A stretch of 25,210 bases of DNA, taken from IMG/VR virus record IMGVR_UViG_3300009431_001072. One strand, 5' to 3'. Source of the DNA: a virus. Every line of letters starts with the position of its first letter. Positions within the stretch are counted from its first letter, which is position 1. A model generated the notes under the pieces. The model was not told the DNA's origin. It saw nothing but the letters and a program-made list of their open reading frames with translations, and did not search any database. Positions 19,430-25,210 of this stretch are shown piece by piece. A program made the position numbers and the translations under genes.

Positions 19430-20227
19430 ATGAATTTAGGATTTATTATGGCGTTTAATGAAGTTAACTGGATTGAGTTTGCTATTGAGCAAGCAATGAA
19501 AATATGTGATAGAATAATTATCTCTGAAGGATCCCAATTTACATCATTTACGGATATACCGGAAAGAAGTAACGATGGAACTCTTGATATGATAACAAAA
19601 AAACAAAGAGAGTATCCCCAGGTTATAACAGTAATTCCAAGTTCAAGAGTTAGCGCCGAATACAGAAAAAATCAATGTGAAAATTTTAATAGAGCTCTAA
19701 GGGAATGTAACCCCGGCGATTATTTTATTCCTTTGGATGTGGATGAATTTTATTCTGATAACTTCTTAAATACAATAAACGAAATTACAAAAGTTGGTCA
19801 CATAGATCATCTATTAGGCCAGGGACACTTGTATGGATTCAGCTTTAAATACCGATTAGTATTCGGTAATAACGCTGTTTGGAAAAAAGATATACTGTTT
19901 AAAGTCAATAACAGTTTTAAGTTTATTCCAACACACAAACCGACCGGCCAAGGAAAGAATAAGTTAGTGAATACAAGTGATAGCTTGTTTCACTATACCT
20001 GGCTTAAACCAACAGATAGGATGAGAATTAGAATGCAAACTTCGAACTTTCATCCGGGGATGCTTGAGTGGTTCGACACCAATTGGGAAAATATAAAATT
20101 AGAAGAAAATATTAAACAAAAGTCACATCTGGGAACAATGTTTACATTAAAAAAATATGACGGAGAGCATCCTTCAGTTTTAAATAATCATCCATGGAGA
20201 CACACAGAAGACATCAGAACTACATAA
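19430..20227 (+). CDS. GT2-like (GT-A) glycosyltransferase, paralog A
   Basis: LGFIMAFNEVNWIEFAIEQ ... RIIISEGS ... SNDGT ... PLDVDEFY (DxD). The C-terminus KYDGEHPSVLNNHPWRHTEDIR is shared with 22930..23838. Confidence 0.5.
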   Translation: MNLGFIMAFNEVNWIEFAIEQAMKICDRIIISEGSQFTSFTDIPERSNDGTLDMITKKQREYPQVITVIPSSRVSAEYRKNQCENFNRALRECNPGDYFIPLDVDEFYSDNFLNTINEITKVGHIDHLLGQGHLYGFSFKYRLVFGNNAVWKKDILFKVNNSFKFIPTHKPTGQGKNKLVNTSDSLFHYTWLKPTDRMRIRMQTSNFHPGMLEWFDTNWENIKLEENIKQKSHLGTMFTLKKYDGEHPSVLNNHPWRHTEDIRTT

Positions 20228-21147
20228 TGAATATAATATTAATAACTCCTAAATTGGATAAACCATGTTTATACCACACAGATATAATAAATACTTTGTC
20301 AAAGTTATATAATGTATATCAGTATGGTCCAGGATTTAGTTATTTCTCTCAAAGTGATACTGTACACGACATAATTTCGAAATCCGGATTTACACCGAAC
20401 TTAATTATATTTGGGACTGCCCAAGTGCTTTACGGACTCAACATTCGTGGACTACCCTCTATAAAGATACCAAAGCTTATATTTTTAAATAAGGAATACC
20501 AATGGATAGATAGAAAACTAGATTTTATTAAGAAAAATAAATTTAATTTAGTTACTACGATTTTAAATAAAGAAATTTATACTCCATGGGAACGTTTAAC
20601 TGGAATAAGATTTGTACAGACACCGCATGGTATATTTCCAGATAAATTTCCTAATTTGAATATAACCAGGAAGTATGATCTGGGATTTTTAGGAGCACTG
20701 TTTGATAAACAAGGAGTCTCCTTTAGAAAAAAAGCAAAAGAGTTCATCTTTGATAAAAGTAATTTATCGGAAAAATATAATATTATGTGGGGAGATGATT
20801 ATAATAAAAAGCTTTTTTCAGGCGAGGAATACATAAGAGCACTTAACTCATTTAAAATTTCGGTGTCTACTCTGTCTCCGTCCAAAATAATTGGATTACG
20901 ATTTTATGAGTTAGCTTGCGTCGGCACCATGATCCTTGCACCGCGAGATAACTATGATGGTGCTTTTGTTGATGGGAAAACATGCGTGATGTACGACGAT
21001 AGTGTATCTTCTTTTAAGGAAAAATTTTTACACTACTTAGATAATGAAAAAGAAAGGAACAATATAGTGAACAACGCGTACAAATACGTAACTACAGAAT
21101 GTACGTGGGACATCAGAATAAAAAACCTCATAAAGAACTTTGAATAA
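20227..21147 (+). CDS. CgeB-like glycosyltransferase
   Basis: I start it at ATG 20227 (TAATG overlap; MNIILITPK...) rather than 20194. The C-terminal RFYELACVGTMILAPRDNYDGAFVDGKTCVMYDDSVSSFKEKFLHYLDNEKERNNIVNNA fits the Glyco_trans_1_2 pattern. Confidence 0.55.
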   Translation: MNIILITPKLDKPCLYHTDIINTLSKLYNVYQYGPGFSYFSQSDTVHDIISKSGFTPNLIIFGTAQVLYGLNIRGLPSIKIPKLIFLNKEYQWIDRKLDFIKKNKFNLVTTILNKEIYTPWERLTGIRFVQTPHGIFPDKFPNLNITRKYDLGFLGALFDKQGVSFRKKAKEFIFDKSNLSEKYNIMWGDDYNKKLFSGEEYIRALNSFKISVSTLSPSKIIGLRFYELACVGTMILAPRDNYDGAFVDGKTCVMYDDSVSSFKEKFLHYLDNEKERNNIVNNAYKYVTTECTWDIRIKNLIKNFE

Positions 21148-22084
21148 CAAAACTAAATATTCCGCGTTCAATGCCATTCCTTGGAAATTGGTAAAATCCT
21201 ATAACATATTCCCCAGAAGAATAGAGCCCCTTCACATTCGTTTAATGCCAACAAATAGATGTAATGCTAATTGTAAATGGTGTTGTTATGCTGACGTAGA
21301 CAAACAAGTAGAGCTTTCAATAGAAGAAATAAAAGAGATTATATTATATTTTTTTGCATTGGGAACACGCGCTATTACTTTCTCTGGGGGAGGAGAGCCT
21401 ACAGTACATCCGCACATAGATGACATGCTGTCCTTTGCTAAAGATAAAGGAATAAGTTGTGGACTAGTTACTAACGGATTAAAGTGGTCCAAAAAAAATC
21501 TTAAACTAGATGTAGCAAATAAAACGTTAACTTGGGCAAGAATGTCAATAATTGAGACAATAGGTGACTATGATATAAAAAAGATCTCACGATTTGCAAA
21601 TAATTTATCTAACGTAGATATTGGCATAAGTTTTGTTGTTCCGGATGATGTTAATATTCAGTTAGCTATAGATATATGTAATTTAGTAAAAGGTATATCG
21701 AATATCACCCATATAAAGTTTATACAAGATTCATACAATTTAAATAGTAACGCTATTAAAGAGGTTGAAATAGCCTGCAATAAAATAACGAATAAGGCCT
21801 TTTTTGTACCACGTACAGATTATACCAAAGGTCAGCAAAAATGCCAAATTAGTTTATTAAAACCAGTTGTAAATGCTACAGGTTATATATTTCCTTGTTG
21901 TGATATACAACATGCCGCTGGTGACTTTAAACATCCTCCAAAAAACTTAAGGATGTGCTATTGGAACGAATTCCATAAAGCAGAATATTTTAACGGCAGT
22001 AAATGTACAAAATGCTATTATGACAATTACAATTTATTTTTAAATAACTTACTCAGTAAAGTAGAACATATTAATTTTTTATAG
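21140..22084 (+). CDS. radical SAM enzyme with Cys-rich C-terminal region
   Basis: LMPTNRCNANCKWCCY contains CX3CX2C. ITFSGGGEPTVHP is the GGE motif. C-terminal cysteines are FPCCD...MCYW...CTKCYY. The TTG start at 21140 is uncertain; the next ATG is at 21245. Confidence 0.8.
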   Translation: MNNKTKYSAFNAIPWKLVKSYNIFPRRIEPLHIRLMPTNRCNANCKWCCYADVDKQVELSIEEIKEIILYFFALGTRAITFSGGGEPTVHPHIDDMLSFAKDKGISCGLVTNGLKWSKKNLKLDVANKTLTWARMSIIETIGDYDIKKISRFANNLSNVDIGISFVVPDDVNIQLAIDICNLVKGISNITHIKFIQDSYNLNSNAIKEVEIACNKITNKAFFVPRTDYTKGQQKCQISLLKPVVNATGYIFPCCDIQHAAGDFKHPPKNLRMCYWNEFHKAEYFNGSKCTKCYYDNYNLFLNNLLSKVEHINFL

Positions 22085-22097
22085 GTAGAATATAGAT

Positions 22098-22256
22098 ATG
22101 AAAATTTTGATTACTGGCGGAGCCGGATTTATAGGCTCGCATCTAGCTGATACACTGATTAAAAGAGGGGATACAGTTATTATTCACCCATGTTCGATAT
22201 TAAAAGACTGCAAACACAGCTGTTATAAAAAATGGGGAAAAAAGAAGATATTATGA
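22098..22256 (+). pseudogene. N-terminal stub of an NAD-dependent epimerase/dehydratase (SDR) gene
   Basis: [29 protein letters not shown] is a textbook extended-SDR Rossmann start (TGGAGFIGS). After ~29 aa it degenerates ([23 protein letters not shown]) and stops at 22254-22256. 52 aa against ~310 for an intact enzyme. Confidence 0.6.
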
Positions 22257-22930
22257 AGCTAGTAATAGGTCTACAAACGTGCAATCGAATAAAGTTTACT
22301 AAAGAAGTTATTAGTTCAATACTGAAACATAATCCAAATTCTGTAAAATATCCGTGGGTTGTTTATGACGACAATTCAACAGATAATACAATAGATTATC
22401 TTAAGGGTTTGCCATATATAGATGAATTAGTAACTAGCAAAAATAGGCGTGGTATAACAAACGGAATAAAACAGTTAGTTTTGGAAGCAGCAAATTATGG
22501 CCAAATTATCCTTTATATACAAAATGACTGGAGACAAGTTAGATATATAGATTTAAAAGCGATAGAGAATTTTTTTGAAAGTTATCCAAATGCAGGACAT
22601 TTACAAACTACACAATATAAAGGTAAAGATAATGCAAGGCCTTCGTCAACTGCTGAAAGAATTAACTTATATACAAAAGAAAAAATAACTCCTGGGAACA
22701 CCATTACTATTGGCGCAGAGAAGTTCATACCAGGTAATTGGCACTACTGTGACTTGCCAGGATTTTCTAGAATTAGTATCGCCAAAGATATGTTTAATGG
22801 TCCTCTCAATGAAAGTGTACGTATAAAACACTTTTCTACTTGTGGATGTGACAATTATTTGTTAGAAAACCAACCTTACCGAAACATAGATGTAAATAGC
22901 CGTACTCAAACCCCCAACCGAAAATTATAA
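22253..22930 (+). CDS. glycosyltransferase family 2
   Basis: [12 protein letters not shown] ... [11 protein letters not shown] is the classic GT2 opening. I start it at ATG 22253 (ATGA overlap with the stub's stop); 22232 is an alternative. Confidence 0.7.
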   Translation: MKLVIGLQTCNRIKFTKEVISSILKHNPNSVKYPWVVYDDNSTDNTIDYLKGLPYIDELVTSKNRRGITNGIKQLVLEAANYGQIILYIQNDWRQVRYIDLKAIENFFESYPNAGHLQTTQYKGKDNARPSSTAERINLYTKEKITPGNTITIGAEKFIPGNWHYCDLPGFSRISIAKDMFNGPLNESVRIKHFSTCGCDNYLLENQPYRNIDVNSRTQTPNRKL

Positions 22931-23838
22931 TGAAAATTTATGCAATAATGTTTACCTGGGAGCAAATTGATTGGCTTCCGTGGGCTATTAAGCAACTTAA
23001 CAGAGCTTTAAGTTATGGATCTTTGGATAAAGTACTTATAGCAGAAGGAGGACACTCTAAAAATATGTCTGGGCGTTCATCAGATGGATCATGGGAGTAT
23101 CTACAAAAAACTGTCGGCAATAACCCTAATTATCAGTTATTTGATGCAGTACCTTTTAGAGATAAACATAATAGCTATGACCAGGTGCAGCCTGATTTAT
23201 TGAATACTATGTGCAACACTATTCCTTTGGATACAAAAGAAGATCCATGGATATTTGTAACACAAGATGATGAATTCTTCTTTGATAAATTTCTAAGAGA
23301 TATAAAAAATATAGTAAAAGCAGCAGATACAAATAGTAAAGATATGGTTATGACAAGACAATTGGCTTTTTCATTTAACATGAAACTTCATCATTTGAAT
23401 CGCACAGCCTATATTCTAAACAGATGGACAAAAGATAGCTATTGGAAACCGATATCCACACTATGTTATAAAGACGGATGTCCTTATTTGACAAAAGCTG
23501 ATAAAATACATTATGTACCGGATTTTGATTATACCACTTTTCACTTTAACAGAGTAAAGAGAGTGAAAAGAGAAGAAATGAGGTATCGTCTATCAGCTGA
23601 AATTAATACACCGAATGCTATGAAATGGCATAATGAAGTATGGTTAGCTGCTGATTTAAATAACTTAACAGAAGCCTATAAGGCCAATGAAAGATTAACT
23701 GGCCACTACGGGTATGCAAAGGATTCACCAAATACAGGACCGGCAATGTGGCAAGAATTAGTTAACTACGAAGGTAAATACCCAGAAGTATTAGACGATC
23801 ACCCATATAAAAATATTTCGGATATAAGAAAACTATAA
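22930..23838 (+). CDS. GT2-like (GT-A) glycosyltransferase, paralog B
   Basis: IYAIMFTWEQIDWLPWAIKQ ... VLIAEGGHS ... SSDGS ... TQDDEFF, with C-terminus YEGKYPEVLDDHPYKNISDIR. The segment order is the same as in 19430..20227. Confidence 0.5.
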   Translation: MKIYAIMFTWEQIDWLPWAIKQLNRALSYGSLDKVLIAEGGHSKNMSGRSSDGSWEYLQKTVGNNPNYQLFDAVPFRDKHNSYDQVQPDLLNTMCNTIPLDTKEDPWIFVTQDDEFFFDKFLRDIKNIVKAADTNSKDMVMTRQLAFSFNMKLHHLNRTAYILNRWTKDSYWKPISTLCYKDGCPYLTKADKIHYVPDFDYTTFHFNRVKRVKREEMRYRLSAEINTPNAMKWHNEVWLAADLNNLTEAYKANERLTGHYGYAKDSPNTGPAMWQELVNYEGKYPEVLDDHPYKNISDIRKL

Positions 23839-23905
23839 TGCAGATAAATACTAATAATCGGTCATTTTTTATAAGACATAGTAAAGTTAGGGAAATAGTA
23901 ATACA

Positions 23906-25018
23906 ATGAATATAACATGGAATGGAGATCAGTTTTACGGTGTTAGGTCACATGCAAATATAAATAGAGGCCTTGTCACAGCATTAACTGAATTAGGCCA
24001 CAAGATTAAAGTAACCAATATTTTAGATACTAACTTATTCAAGAGTAACAATAAAGCTCACGCAGTAATCAAAGATTCAGAGAATGAAAAGTTTAACTCT
24101 GATTTTAATATATTTAAATTTCCTGCAATTAAAGTAATGACTTCTGCTAAATTTAACTGTATACTCCATAGTGATGGTAGTTACACGTCTACAGTGACTA
24201 ACAACAACCGAATCAAATCATGTCCCTCCACACACTTATGGTTACCGACACCAGACTGTGCTAATGAAGTGAATAAATATACACCGATACCTACTATTGG
24301 ATTAGGAGTTGACAGTGGAATAGATCCTACAATGTTTAATCCAGGAATTGAACCATTTGATTTTGATATATTGAAAAGTACTTTTAAATTTTTCATAGCT
24401 TGTGATGGAGGCAACTCGACTGCAGGAAGGCCACATGGAGGTTTTAGAGGAAGTGACATAGCTATAGAAGCATTTATAGACGAATTTTCTAACAAAGATG
24501 ATGTATGTCTTATTGTCAAAGTAGCTCATAACTACAAAATTATAGATGATTTTATAGTAAGCTCAGTCCTAAAAAAGCCCAATGTACCCAAAATAATTAA
24601 AGACTATGGAAATAACCAGCAAGGTGTTATGGCTGCTAAATTAAAGAGTGCAGATTGCATGCTTTCTCCAATACGAGACTGCAGGTGGGAAGCTTGTATT
24701 CTAGAAGCTTTGGCTTGCGGAACTCCTACGATAGCCACTAATTGTGGTGGTCCCCGTTTGTATGGAAAATATGGTGTGTACTTTATTGATTATAAAATAA
24801 CTGATGCTGACTTGCACATATCACGTGGCGATATAGCTGTAGGTAAAGAATACTGGACGGAACCTTCTGTAGATGGCTTTCGTAAAAAGATGAGAGAGGT
24901 TTATAATAATAGAAAAGCCGCAGAGGAGTTTGGAATGAAAGGTTCAGTATACGTTACTGAAAATTGGAAATGGATTGATATAGCACAAAGAATTATAGAT
25001 TTTTTTAATAAAAACTAA
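23906..25018 (+). CDS. glycosyltransferase family 1/4 (GT-B fold)
   Basis: EACILEALACGTPTIATNCGGP matches the GT-B donor-binding E..G....EAMA.G.PVIAT..GG motif. 370 aa. Confidence 0.75.
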   Translation: MNITWNGDQFYGVRSHANINRGLVTALTELGHKIKVTNILDTNLFKSNNKAHAVIKDSENEKFNSDFNIFKFPAIKVMTSAKFNCILHSDGSYTSTVTNNNRIKSCPSTHLWLPTPDCANEVNKYTPIPTIGLGVDSGIDPTMFNPGIEPFDFDILKSTFKFFIACDGGNSTAGRPHGGFRGSDIAIEAFIDEFSNKDDVCLIVKVAHNYKIIDDFIVSSVLKKPNVPKIIKDYGNNQQGVMAAKLKSADCMLSPIRDCRWEACILEALACGTPTIATNCGGPRLYGKYGVYFIDYKITDADLHISRGDIAVGKEYWTEPSVDGFRKKMREVYNNRKAAEEFGMKGSVYVTENWKWIDIAQRIIDFFNKN

Positions 25019-25019
25019 A

Positions 25020-25210
25020 ATGGTTGAAAATATGAGTAAAAAAGAAATACTAAAACACGTTTCTTTTAATGATCAAGCCGTGGGTGCTTACTCTGGCTGT
25101 GATGTTAAAAAAGACTTTAAGACATGGTTATCATGGGGAACGTGGTGGCCGTGGAATAGAACTAAAATAACAAAGGCAAGTGAAGAAAACCTTCACAAAA
25201 GAGTTCTAAT
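25020..25210 (+). CDS. 5' end of a further gene (partial), function unknown
   Basis: ATG at 25020 (in-frame ATG at 25032), and the frame is open to the window end: (MVEN)MSKKEILKHVSFNDQAVGAYSGCDVKKDFKTWLSWGTWWPWNRTKITKASEENLHKRVL. Confidence 0.35.
   Translation, partial: MVENMSKKEILKHVSFNDQAVGAYSGCDVKKDFKTWLSWGTWWPWNRTKITKASEENLHKRVL

Noticed and set aside
14194-25018. The glycosyltransferase/methyltransferase island as a DNA hypermodification system.
   Set aside because: There is no dNMP hydroxymethylase, thymidylate-synthase-like enzyme, DNA-binding or base-flipping domain, or nucleotide kinase in the window. GT9, CgeB-like and GT1 enzymes point to oligosaccharide assembly. DNA glycosylation cannot be excluded without chemistry, but the sequence does not support it.

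Overview
This is an AT-rich window in which every credible gene lies on the plus strand, with short or overlapping (ATGA/TAATG) junctions and Shine-Dalgarno-like sites. The gene content reads as part of a large, T4-like-in-toolkit bacteriophage genome: Rnl1-like and Rnl2-like RNA ligases, polynucleotide kinase-phosphatase, RNase HI, a DenV-like glycosylase, Nudix, a lytic transglycosylase, a small heat-shock protein, tRNAs and a tmRNA. There are three blocks. (1) 1-6300 holds small accessory genes interspersed with tRNA-Leu(TAG), tRNA-Gly(TCC) and tRNA-Cys(GCA), plus an adjacent dockerin-bearing membrane protein and a cohesin-like protein. (2) 6300-7450 is a roughly 1.15 kb ORF-free RNA locus. 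It contains five stem-closed small-RNA units, plus one orphan box, that share a GG-helix/ACAGCAC signature. One unit encloses what looks like a circularly permuted tRNA (3' half, CCA, 2-nt linker, 5' half). A full-length tmRNA with tag ADNYAYAMAA follows. I consider this RNA locus, together with the RNA healing/sealing enzymes encoded 0.6-7 kb downstream, the best candidate for something undescribed. (3) 14.2-25.2 kb is an uninterrupted 14-gene glycan-tailoring island: about 9 glycosyltransferases of GT-A, GT-B and GT9 types, 3 SAM methyltransferases, 1 radical SAM enzyme and a decayed epimerase stub. It has no sugar-nucleotide synthesis genes, flippase or polymerase. Smaller oddities are two gene remnants (family-4 UDG, SDR epimerase), a perfect 49-bp tandem duplication, a 248-nt out-of-frame gene overlap covering the Pnkp P-loop, and a recurring GGTATAAGAAAT promoter-like box. 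All calls come from reading the sequence and the ORF translations and recalling family motifs. No database search was run.
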